Origin: Chiloscyllium plagiosum
Lineage: Eukaryota
Direction of reading: 5' to 3'
Assembly: GCF_004010195.1 (NCBI RefSeq)
Contig: NC_057719.1
Span: 94,906,599 to 94,970,598 of the forward strand
Length of the DNA: 64,000 nucleotides
The position numbers and the translations under genes were made by a program. Under the pieces are notes generated by a model. It was given only the letters and a program-made list of their open reading frames with translations. It did not search any database and was not told the origin of the DNA. Positions 37,343 to 49,799 of the stretch are shown one piece after another (positions within the stretch are counted from its first letter, which is position 1; each line of letters opens with the position of its first letter).

Positions 37343-37532
37343 GAGGCAGTGAGGTCTGCAGATGCTGGAGATCAGAGTTGAGAGTGTATAGCTGGAAAAG
37401 CACAGGTCAGGCAGCATCCAAGGAGCAGGAAAATCGACCATCCTGATGAAGGGGTCTGGGCCGAAACATCAACTTTCCTGCTCCTCGGATGCAGCCTGAC
37501 TTGCTGTGCTTTTCCAGCAACACACTCTCAAG
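37343..37532. mobile_element. Palindromic family A insert with a hammerhead-like core on + (37440-37472)
   Basis: Inverted arms; ctgatgaaggggtctgggccgaaacatc core; 14-bp direct repeat AGAGAAAAATAACA (37329-37342, 37533-37546). Confidence 0.72.
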
Positions 37533-38384
37533 AGAGAAAAATAACAATCAGGACTTAGGATCTAATAAATCAGAATAAAGTGGCCTGAATCTGGAGAGGT
37601 TGGTGATGTGCAAGTCTCAAATCATTGTGAGCTAAATAGAAGGAGTTGGGAGACAGAGCAATAGAGAAAATGTTTTTTTCCTTTTATTGATTCTTAGTTT
37701 GTCCTCTTCACTAGCTTAGTTACTTCTTGGTCTTTGCAACTTTTTACACATTCACTGTTTGTTCAAAATATTCTTTAACTAAACAGGACCCAACCTATGT
37801 AAGTTAACTCGAACACTATTTAAAGAGGTCATGCAATCTTCATCACATAATCCAATCTCTCATGTTCAGAAATCTTGCAGTCAGGCAGACATTACATGAG
37901 TCTATGCAGCTATGAATCCCTCCAACCACAATTAGCAACACTACTCCACCAGTACATCAGATACTTTTAAACTGTTAACAGTCCTCTTTCCACCTCAAGC
38001 TTTCCAAACATTGGCAGCTATAGCACAAAGAGGGAAGGGGATCCTAGACAGAGATCTGAAAGACATTAAGGCCCCTAACCTGGGTAATATCTGCCTCACA
38101 ATCCAGGCGAACAGCAGCTGCCTTTCCCTGTTTGTGCTGCTAATGGTGCTGATCCCAGCATCAGGCCATTCCACTTTCAGGGAAAAGACCAAGGAATTCC
38201 AATGAACAGGGGAAGATAACAAAGCAGAATAAAAAACTCAAGTCATACCCCATTGACTGAACCCCAGAATTAGGTGCAATTCCAGGTGATAATGAGAGAA
38301 GATAGGAATATTATAGGAAATGTAACCAATTCTGCAGTACATAAAATGAGCATTTTGAAACAAGGATAGCTATAAATAAGTCAA

Positions 38385-39089
38385 AAATCACACAACACCA
38401 GGTTATAGTCCAACAGGTTTAATTGGAAGCACTAGCTTTTGGAGCGCTGCTCCTTCATCAGGTGGTTGTGGAGGACACAATTGTAAGACACAGAATTTAT
38501 AGCAAAAGTTTACAGTGTGATGTAAAACTGAAATTATACATTGAATAATACCTTAATTGTTTAAGTCTCTCATCTGCTAGCTTCACTTCTTTCATATGTA
38601 TGTTACAACACTTTTTTTTTTAAAAGTTATATTCCCAGGTTAACTTTAACAATTGGTGTCAGCCCAGATAATATATTGAAGGTGTTAGCCCCCTGTGTGC
38701 TGTTGTCTGTGCCATGATGTTTAGACTGATTCTAATCTAAAAAATGAGTTAGCAGAGTCTTACATGGATCCATGTAGTTTTTGAGCAAACCCCCATCCCA
38801 GACACACACACACACACATACACATATACGTTTGTAGAGTGAATTTGTACTTGCAGAGTTACATTGTACTTTGCTCAAAAACTGCATGAATTCATGAATT
38901 CAGTTACATCACTCTGTAAACTTTTGCTATAAATTCTGTGTCTTACAATTGTGTCCTCCACAACCACCTGATGAAGGAGGAACACTCCGAAAGCTAGTGC
39001 TTCCAATTAAACCTGTTGGAGTATAACCTAGTGTTGTGTGATTATTAACTTTGTACACCCCAGTCCAATACCGGCATCTCCAAATCATT
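38385..39089. mobile_element. Long inverted family B Penelope-derived element, hammerhead-like cores at 38430-38464 (-) and 38965-38999 (+)
   Basis: About 145-bp inverted arms (38385-38530, 38905-39050), an internal CA repeat, and a 12-bp direct repeat TAAATAAGTCAA (38373-38384, 39090-39101). Confidence 0.75.
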
Positions 39090-39655
39090 TAAATAAGTCA
39101 AGTTGATATAAGGATTCCTGATTTACAGCTTTCATTGCACACTGTTCCAATGGAGCCCAACAAATTGAAGTCCTGATATTCCAAGGAAATTGAAAAATGT
39201 GGCGAATGATGCCAATGGTTTTCCCACATTTATTATGTACACCAGTACTGCATAAAACTGCAGATCCTCCCATTGATCTAGGTCAGGGCACTGTGTACTG
39301 CTGCTTAAAGAGCCAAATATGTACAGCAATGTGAGGTTCTGTATCAAAGGAATGCAACAAAATATGTATGGAATACATTTAATTCTCTTTTAGCCAGATC
39401 ACGTTACATTAAAAATGATTTATGCTTTGAACTTCTACTCAGGCCAATGTCCTAGAGGAGCTTCAAGAGAACCACTAAAAACATGTGACAGTATTAAATG
39501 GAGAATGACATAAAAATGGCAGTAATCTACAGATTGTATGTAATATAATTCTAAACTATTTCTAGGTCTTAGGAAATAAATAAGAAATTTGATATTTCAG
39601 TAAGAAGATAAATAAATGTTCTTTAGACACTTTCATTTTTTTCTTAGAATAACAC

Positions 39656-39998
39656 GGGCTCAGTGGCTCAGTGGTTAGGACTGCTGCCTCACAGTGCCAG
39701 GGACCCGGGTTTGATCCCAAACTCGGGTGACTGTGTTGAGTTTGCACATTCTCCCTGTGTCTGCATGTGTTTCCTCCAGGTGGTCTGGTTTCCTCCCACA
39801 GTCCAAAGATATAGAGGTTAGGTGAATTGTCTATGCTAAATTGCCCATAGTGTTCAGGGGCAAATTGGTTAAGTGCATTAGTCAGGGGTAAATGCAGAGT
39901 AATAGAGTAGAGGAATGGGCCTGGGTGGGTTATTTTTCAGAGCGTCAGTGTAGACTTGATGGGCCAAATAGCCTGTCTTCACACTGTAGGGATTCTCT
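39656..39998 (+). mobile_element. HE1-type V-SINE
   Basis: tRNA head gtggctcagtggttaggactgctgcctcacag..gggtttgatcc, V-domain gagtttgcacattctccc..tttcctcccacagtccaaaga, CR1-like tail. Confidence 0.8.
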
Positions 39999-42809
39999 GA
40001 TAACAACCCGCTGAGACGAATAGGATTACATTTTCACTTTCACTGCGCGTGAAAGAGTCTGATCAAGTAGATCAAAGTAATAAACATGGCGAGTGGGGAG
40101 GAGCAGGGTCTATAAAGATGAAAGATACTCTTCATCATGCTAATGTGATATGTGTTGAAGATAAAAATTTACCCATGTATGGAGCTGGAGATGCCAAATA
40201 GGACCAGGATCAAATGAGTCACCACTAAAAATCTTGTAACTTACGAAATATCTTTGCTGAGTTCATGTCAGCAGAATGTGCATTTTCTAAATGAAATGCC
40301 AGAAATAAACATGGTTTAAAGAAGATAAAATGATCTTGTAAAAAATATCTAGACTCAGTTGACACAAGACAAAAGGGGGAAATTGCACTCTTCAAAAACT
40401 AGGGCAGCATCTTAACAAACAGTGATTCCTGCAGCTGAGAGATACTGTAGTTTCGACCAGAAACAGCCTTGCAATTTGATTTTCCAGGAATAAATCCCTT
40501 TGATTGTCTTCACTATCCTGATCTTATGGATAACCTGTTGATGGCTCGTGTATTTGAACTTACGAGATTACCTTGGTTTGTTTCAATTTGTTCTGTTTTT
40601 AGTGAATTCCATTGTGTACCTGCTATTGATGTCCGCAATTTTTAGTGTGACTAGGATGCATCTCAAATCACAATAACAGTAGGAAAGGCCAAACTTGCAG
40701 TTTGACAGTTCTTGTACCCAAAGATAGCTTAGCTGCAAATCACATGATTCCATCTATTCAGCGCAATATAGTCTTCCCAAGCTTTATCTCTTACTTGTTT
40801 ATCTCTTAAAGCAAAAGGCATCCTGAAAATGAAATTAAATGAATAACATGTTTTTCAATGTGCTATTTGTAAATTAATGTATATCAATTAAATGACAGTT
40901 CATAATAGGAGAAAATTCATTGGCCTTTTTTAACAGGTTTTTACACATATTCTCTTTCCTTGATTATTGGTGTTATCAGCTGACACTCTTACCTCCATTT
41001 TAATATTGCAATGCTGACATTTACTTTGTTGTCTCTGATGTTAATTTTTCCCCGAACATTTCATTCCAATATGAATGTAGACATAGTCGTGTCTCTCTAC
41101 AGAGAGACCACAGAATGCAGAGTCCTACAGTGTACAGCTTATGACAATAAATGTGGTCATTTCCTTAGACCATTCAAGAGCAGTTCTGCCCCAGCAATAT
41201 TTTGAAATTATTTCACTTCATTTTGTTTGCATACAAAAAGGTTCCAGGATTTTAAAAACTGAACATCATTGACCGTTCATTATAATGGAAGTAAAATCCA
41301 GAAAGTCCCATTGAATCCTTCAGTCATATTCCTGCTGAGTGCTCTCCATGCGTGATACTCAGTGACAGGAACACAATTGTGGAAAATCTGACATGTTGGT
41401 TTAGCATCTGTTTAGTTTTCTTACATTTTCAGAAGCCACTTGTAAAATGTTTATTTGTTAAATGTACTGAACAAATACAAGTTGTCTTATTTTCTATATC
41501 TCTGCCCTTCTTGGGAAGAGCCTGACGGTATTCAGGATAATCCTGGAAGGATACTAAAGGACAAGGAAACAATTATGCCATTTGGTACAGTACTTAAAAA
41601 TAAGATACAGAAAAGAAACTGAAACCATTTCCACTCTTTTAAAATGGACTGATGACTGAATAGATTGGTTTGGAGTGGAGCGGTCACAATCATAAGGTCT
41701 TGTATTCTAAAGCAAGTTTGTGTTCTTTACTTTCCTTTTTCCTCCTTATTTCTTTTTGTCTGTTCCTTAGAACTTGGTGTTGACACTGTGCTAAGATATC
41801 CTTCCATCAGAAACTTCTGAGCCAAATTTCTGAGCCTCTAATATAAACCAGGACATGTAACCTTCTTACTGATAAGATGTAAATGAGCTCCAGCAGATAC
41901 CCCATTCAGCAGCTTTCCCAGAAGCTGTTGGATAGTCATTAGGAATCAGAAACTTAATGGATTTTCTTATTCATTATCAAGAGGTATGTAGCTCAAGTTG
42001 GTAAGTTTCACAACTACACGGATCCATTGCAGTCTATGGTACCTTGAATTGTGGAATTATCACTTGGGAAGGATGGGCTGGCAGCATCAGAAACATGCCA
42101 TTATTTGGTCATGAGTACCAATCAAATAACAAGTTGGAGGTCTTTGGTAAAAATTGGTTCAATATTGGGCAGCGGATTACTAGTTGAAAGAAAAATAATC
42201 AAGTTTGGAAAGGTTGCGTATTCAGGGCAGGTGGGGGCTGTGGGTTCTGTAGCATCAGAGTATCAGAGACACATATCGGTCTTAAGGAAAACCAGAAGAG
42301 CAGTCCCCTTCCTCCTGGTGTTCATCATTTTATAATTATGAATGTTCTGCTGCACAAAATTAGATAAAGTCTGAATGGTACATGGTCCATAAATTTCTTT
42401 CCTAAAATGGTAAATAGCATCCTGCGTCAAACAAAATATTGTGCTTTACATATACAAAGTTATGTCATTGCAATCAGCTGATCATCAAAGGCTAGCCAGT
42501 GGTAGGCACCTTCCACGATGTCATGTGTCAGATTGTGACATGAAGATTCTCCCTGCAATTTGAGATGTTTTTATCACTTTTGGCCAGTTTAATTTGTACC
42601 TTTGCACTGTTGCAACCAGATAACCACTCTCTAAACCAAGCCAAAAATTTAGGTCTAGATTTCTTTTAATGACTATTGTTTAGTTGCACACCCAAAATAA
42701 TCATCAAGGTAACTAGTCAACTGGACCAAGAGGCCACAGACAAGACTAAATTTAATTATTAAGTAGGGAAAGAACTTGTTGGAGTTCTACAGCTGAGACT
42801 CAGAGTCAG

Positions 42810-43748
42810 AGTCATAGAGATGTACAGCACAGAAACAGACCCTTCGGTCCAACTCGTCCATGTCGACCAGATATCCCAACCCAATCTAGTCTCATCTGCC
42901 AGCACCTAGCCTATATCCCTCCAAACCCTTCCTGTTCATATACCCACCCAGAAACCTTTTAAATGTTGCAATTGTACTAACCTCCACCACTTCCTTTAGC
43001 AGCTCATTCCATACACATAACAGTGAAAACGTTGCCCCTTAGGTCTCTTTTATATCTGTCCCCTCTCACCCTCAACCTATGCCCTCTACTTCTGGACTCC
43101 CCGACCCTAGGGAAAAGACTTTGTCTATTTATCCTATCCATGCCCCTCATAATTTTGTAAACCTCTATAAGGTCACCCCTCAGCCTCCGACGCTCCAGGG
43201 AAAACAGCCCCAGCCTGATCAGCCTCTCCCTACAGCTCAAATCCTCCAACCCTGGCAACATCCTTGTAAGTCTTTTCTGAATCCTTTCAAGTTTCACAAC
43301 GTCTTTCCGATAGGAAGGAGACCAGAATTGCACACAATATTCCAACAGTGGCCTAACCAATATCACAACATGACCTCCCAACTCCTGTACTCAATACTCT
43401 GACCCAATAAAGGAAAGCATACCAAACACCTTCTTCACTATCCTATCTACCTGTGACTATACTTTCAAGGGGCTATGAACCTGCACTCCAAGGTTTCTTG
43501 GTTCAGGAACACTCCCTAGGACCTTACCATTAAATGTATAAGTCATGCTAAGATTTGCTTTCCCAAAATGCAGCACTTCACATTTATATAAATTAAACTC
43601 CATCTGCTACTTCTCAGCCCATTGGCCCATCTGATCAAGATCCCATTGTAATCTGAGGTAGTCTTCTTCGCTGTCCACTACATCTCCAATTTTGGTGTCA
43701 TCTGAAAACTTACTAACAGTACCTCTTATGCTCGCATCCAAATCATGG
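42810..43748 (-). mobile_element. CR1 LINE 3' fragment
   Basis: KFSDDTKIG, VRPLLEYCVQFWSP and RGDLIEVYKIMRG; agagtcatag tail. Confidence 0.88.
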
Positions 43749-44675
43749 ATTTTCACTCTTGAGGCACAGATGTCAGAGATTTTCCAGTTTCCGGCACTTG
43801 TCTTGGAAAGAGGTGCTCCACATAGTATGTGCCTCATTCGGGGGTGGGAAGTTGAGACAGCATACCCAGCGGATGCAACTAGAGGCAGCTGCAGGGGCAA
43901 GGAAGCCCTAAAGTGGCTGAGTAGAAGACCTGTCTCTGTGAGCTAAGACTTTCTCCCAGTTGTTCTGTTAAATATTACATCCTCTAGCTTTCGCTCCTCA
44001 TATGCCATTACCATCCGATCCATTCCCTATGTTCCATCCATGGCAAATACTATTAATCCATATCTCCATACATCCCCAATGGGCCATTATACCTTCTAGC
44101 CAAACATGTGCCACATTCTTACCCCTAGCCACTTATAGCTTATGTGCCAACTCATGACAATCTATGCCTACCACACTTTATTCTTACATCCTCTGAGTCA
44201 ACCTATCAAATGTACATTATGCGTAGAGTTTGGGAACTGTGCTGTAATGAAATAAAATAAATGCCCATGTCTGTATTACAGACTTTGCTATATCTACACA
44301 CGTAGATATTATTTATAAAAGCCCAAGTACTTAATCCTCACAAAAGTAGTCAGTTACATTCATATCCCACAAAGACAGTCAATCACCTAATAACATCTTG
44401 GAGTTGTCAATCAAATTGTAACATAGCACAGCCTGTTGTGGGTGCTTCTGCAAGCACTTTAGATTATGTCAACAAACAGACTGAAGCTTCATGCACAAAC
44501 ACTTTCCACTCACAGACACATGCAGGCTTTCATTTCAAATTTTAAAGGGTGGTATTTTAAATAGCATGACAGCTCCACAGGCTTTATCCATCTCTTATGA
44601 ACATTTACACCTACTCTATGAAGCCACAGCTCAAGCATTGTGGGCTAAGACCCTCACTCCAGGAAAGTTGTGATC

Positions 44676-44760
44676 TGAAAGAAAAACTCAGCAGGTCTGG
44701 CAGCATCTGTGGAGAGAAAGCAGAGTTAATGTTTCAGGTCCAGTGACGTTTCTTCAGAAC
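44676..44760 (-). mobile_element. Penelope-derived insert (family C) with a degenerate hammerhead core
   Basis: Minus strand GUU-CUGAAGA-AACGUCACUGGACCU-GAAACAUU-AAC. Related copies at 23834-23901/26591-26710 and about 51860-51962. Confidence 0.5.
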
Positions 44761-46383
44761 AGGTTGTGAACTATTTTATCTTTATGACGAGAAGGATGAC
44801 CATCCCTAAAGGATATTAGTGAACTAGTTGTGAATTTACAACAAACAAGAGGGGTTAAATAGTCACCGTTGAGCTAGTTTTTAATTCCAGATTTTATTGA
44901 ATTCAAATTCACCATCTGCCGTGGTGGGATTCAGACTCCAGACCCCAGAACATTAGTGTGGTGATTTGGATTAATAATTCAGTGATCACTACATCACAAT
45001 TACCTTTCCACTTTTACAGTGTGGAACCCTTACCAAATGTGAACCATGAGAAAAATCTATTTTGAAGAGTCAATTCTGTATTTCATGTTCCCTAGCAGGG
45101 AGAGACAACAATGACTAAAATATTGCAGGAAATTAAATGATTTAATCCAATGTGTTTCTTGCAAGTATAACTCCATCCTACAGGCAAACTATCATGGAGC
45201 CATCTTTAATAGATAAACAATTTCAACCCTGGGCCTCCTAATCTCATGAATGCTAAGAGATTTTGTAGGAACAAATGATGGTATAATCAAGTTAGCGTTA
45301 TGCCTGAGAACCTTTCAACCTACAACATCTACTGTTTTAAAGGAGAAAATTTGAAAGGAATAACAATTTCAAACAACTTTGTGTATGGGTTTGGTTTAAT
45401 TCTTAAGTAACATTCTTCCTTGTTATTTTTGCTCTACTAATGCTCTTGCTATTCATGCTGCGTGCTGGCGGAACTTTCTCATAAAGAAAGGGCTAGGAAC
45501 ATTCCAAAATATCTTCACTACACCTTGCACAATAATCTAAGACATTTATTAGTTACATCCCAAACATGGATGTGTGGTCATTTCTTTTTTAAATCTCTTT
45601 GGGCTGTAGTTGTCATCTAAAGATAGCTTTCTCATCTCTAAACTTTAGGCTCTCTTGGATAATAACAACCATTTTTTCTCAATTTCATTTTCAATGATCC
45701 TCTGAACATTCCTCCCTGTTTTCTGTTCATCTACACACTCATTATCTTCTCTATGCTGTCGAAGTGCTGGAATTATAATTCATTACAACATCTCCAACAC
45801 TGATACATCATTTACAGGACATTAAATTCCTCAACATTTTTAACCTTTCCTATCTCTCTTTAAAACAATGGATCAGCATTAAATTGTTGCTTTTTTCAGA
45901 AGTTAACTTGTCTTTTGCTTTTGTGGTATTGTGTAGGCATGTGCCTTCACTTTGAGTTTGCTACAAAAATAATGTTTATTATAATTCAACTGCTTTGAAT
46001 TGATTTGATTGTTGTGAATGATGTTGTGAAACACAAATCTTTGCAAGTGTTTGAAAACTGCATCTTGTCAGCCTGGCAATATTTTCTGGCATGGAATAGA
46101 AAGAAAACATAGTTTGCTTGTCAGAAACAAATCCTGAAAGTCATTTTTTAGAAGCTACGATGGGTTTAAGAATTTGAAAGATAATGCAAAGGATTTAATA
46201 AAACAAATGAAAAAATTGTTAAAATATAAAAGTCATTTAACAAAAATTGTGAAAATTATAAAAATGAAATAAAAGGAGGAAAATCAGTTTTAAGCTGTAG
46301 CATGAATCGGACAATAAGGAATTGGCACTCTATTTTATACGCCACCCAAGTTTCTATTCCAATGAACTCAATGAGAAAGTAGT

Positions 46384-46671
46384 GGGTGGCACAGTGGTTA
46401 GCACTGCTGCCTCACAGTACCAGAGACCCGGGTTCAATTCCAGCCTCAGGTGACTCTCTATGTGGAGTTTGCACGTTCTCCCTCTGTCTGGGAGCTTTGG
46501 TTTCCTCCCACAATCCAAAAATGTGCAGGTTAGGTGAATTGGCCATGCTAAATTGCCCGTAGTGTTAGGTGAAGGGGTAAATGTAGGGGAATGGGTCTGG
46601 GTGGGTTGCATGTTGGTGTGGACATGTTGGGCCGAAGGGCCTGTTTCCACACTGTAAGTAATCTAATCTAA
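46384..46671 (+). mobile_element. HE1-type V-SINE
   Basis: ggcacagtggttagcactgctgcctcacag..gggttcaattcc head; (taatc)n tail. Confidence 0.85.
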
Positions 46672-48149
46672 ATTGGTGGCAGCATAAAACAGGAGACAGA
46701 GGTGCATTGATACCCCATGATGGTGACAACATTACCTAGTTTAGGCAATTAGATCCTGAACAGCTTCCTCTTCTATATTTGTTCATGGGATTTGGGCAAC
46801 GCTGGCGACTTCTTAACTATCACTTATTGCCTCGGGAAGATGTTGGTGAGCTGCCTTCTTGAATGGTCGTAGCCCATTGGCCCATGGTTCTATTCAGACA
46901 GGTGATCCATGATTGTGACTGAGCAACAATGAGGGAACAATTATTTAGTTTCACATTAGATGGTGTATGGAGGGGAATTTATGGTGCTTCTGCATTTGGT
47001 GCTCTTGACCCTGTAGCTGACAGAATTTGTAAATTTGGGAGGTGCTGTTGAAGGAGGCTATGTAAATTGTTGGTGTTTTTTGTGGATGGTACACCCTGCT
47101 GTCACTGTACATTAGTGGTTGCTCCCTTGCTAATCAAGAATGAATACCTTTTAAGGCAGAAGCAGATGCAATGACAGGACTGTGAGGCAGAGAGTTCCAA
47201 AAGCCCATGAATGTCTGAGAGAAAAAAACTCCTCCTCATTCTTCTGAAATGAGACACCTTTAGGTTTAAAGTGTGCCCCCTGGGAATCATCTTTTCAGCA
47301 TCCACCCTGCTAAGTCACCTCAGTGTATTATATGTTTCAATGAGATAACCTCTCATTTTGCTTGTGCCCCATAGATAAGGAGGCAAATCTCACTGCAGAA
47401 TTCCTAGCTCTGATCTGCTCCTGTAAAAGCAACTGTGTATGATCTTTTCAGCATTGTCGCAAATTGAATGCTTGTATCGTGCAATAAATCTGTTCACCTG
47501 ACATCTGTGGGTGCAAAGGAAAGATAAAATGCACAATTTGCAGGATAAAACACATATAGAAACATGCAATACTGAAAATTGTTGTTTGAGAAAGCATATT
47601 AAGTGCTAGAAAGCTGGTGTTGCAAGTGGACGTACAGATACCGCCCTAGACAAATTCATAGCTTTGTCCTGAGGGGATAAAGTAGGGAAATGGAAATAAC
47701 ATGAATGAAATGAAAGGCCTGATTCCATCCTGTCCTCCAGTGTCAATTAAACAACAGAAATAAAAAGAGAGGCGGTGGAGTATTCCTCAGAAATTCAGGT
47801 CCAGTTTGGACTTGGAATAAATGGCACCCAGGTGAGTAGAGAATTGGAATAACAGCTCACATAACCAGGGATTTTTATCCTCATCTGGCTCCTGAAACAA
47901 ATTCTAATCAGACAGGAAAGGAAAGTAGGTGCAGGTCCAAGAAAATTAATTTATTGTGATTAGATAAAAGAAAGTTTAATTTTAAACAAATATTGCGAGA
48001 AACAAAATGCTTAGCCAGCATAGCGGAAGCCTGAGATTGCAGCAGTTCAGACCTTTGCAGTTAAGGTTAACTTTTTCTATTGGCTGTTATTATCACATTG
48101 TATTTTCCTTGGGAATGGAGGCAATAATAAAACAGATGAATAGCAGGAC

Positions 48150-49532
48150 TACAGGGTTGGAGGATTTGAGTTATAGGGAGAGGTTGACTAGGCTAGGGCT
48201 GTTTTCCCTGTAGCGTCGGAGGCTGAGGGGTGACCTTACAGAGGTTTATAAAATCATGAGTGGTAGAGTCATAGAGTCATGGTCCAACCCGTCCATGCCA
48301 ACCAGATATCCCAACCCAACCACCCCAGGGAAAAGACTTTGTCTATTTATCCTATCCATGCCCCTCATGATTTTGTAAACCTCTATAAACCTCCCCTCAG
48401 CCTCCGACGCCCCAGCGTGTCCAGCCTCTCCCTGTAGCTCAAATCCTCCAACCCTGGCAACATCCTTGTAAATCTTTTCTGAATCCAATCAAGTTTCACA
48501 ACATCTTTCCGATAGGAAGGAGACCAGAATTGCACGCAATATTTCAACAGTGGCCTAACCAATGTCCTGTACAGCCGCAACATGACCTCCCAACTCCTGT
48601 ACTCAATACTCTGACCAGTAAAAGAAAGCATACCAAATGTCTTCTTCACTATCCTATCTACCTGCGACTCCATTTTCAAGGAGCTATGAACCTGCACTCC
48701 AAAATCTCTTTGTTCAGCAACACACCCTCGGACCTTACCATTAAGTGCATAAGTCCTGCTAAGATTTGCAGCACCTCGCACTTATCTGAATTAAACTCCA
48801 TCTGCCACTTCTCAACCCATTGGCCCATCTGGTCCAGATCCTGTTGTAATCTGAGGTAACCCTCTTTGCTGTCCACTACATCTCCAATTTTGGTGTCATC
48901 TGCAAACTTACTAACTGTACCTCTTACACATGCATCCATGTAAATGACAAAAAGTAGAGGACCCAGCACTGATCCTTGTGGCACTCACTGGTCACAGGTC
49001 TCCAATCTGAAAAACAACCCTCCACCACCATCCTCTATATTCTATCTTTGAGCCAGTTCTGTATCCAAATGGCTAGTTCTCCCTGTATTCCATGAGATCT
49101 AACCTTGCTAATCAGTCTCCCATGGGGAACCTTGTCAAACGCCTTACTGAAGTCCATATAGATCACATCTACCACTCTGCCCTCATCAATCCTCTTAAAT
49201 AGACAAAGTATTTTCTCTTGGATGGGGGAGTTCAGAACTAGAGAGCATAAGTTTAGGCTGAGAGGGGAAAGATATAAAAAAGACCTAAGGGACACATTTT
49301 TCATGCAGAGGGTGGTACGTGTATGGAATGAGCTGCCAGAGGAAGTGGTGGAGGCTGGTACAATTGTAACATTTAAAAGGCATCTGGATGGGTATATGGA
49401 TAGGAAGGGCTTGTAGGGATATGGGCCAGGTGCTGGCAAGTGGGACTAGATTGGATTGGGATATCTGATCGGTATGGACGATTTGGACCGAAGGGTCTGT
49501 TTCTGTGCTGTATATCTCTATGATTCTGTGAC
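48150..49532. mobile_element. CR1 3' fragment (+) interrupted by an opposite-strand CR1 (about 48266-49195)
   Basis: The + copy breaks after EVYKIMS and resumes at taaatagacaaagt. The minus copy carries MDFSKAFDKVPH, PQGSVLGPLLF and KFADDTK. Confidence 0.8.
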
Positions 49533-49799
49533 TTTAAAAGGCTTTTCACAGAATGGAGTAAAACTTAATGTGATCAAAGCCAAAGGCAGGGTCAAAATAA
49601 CTTAAGATGACTGATGAGATTCTGTTTTCTTTGTAACCTAACAATCAGCGACTATTGGGAGCATTAGCAATATTAAAATATGATGTAAAAATTCCAGAAA
49701 ATTACAAAGCATTTACTTTTGATATTGTAACTTTAGCAATGTGCGTAGCATTTTTCAAGTTTCTTTTATAAAAGTGAATAGATTTATTTTCATTCAGAT

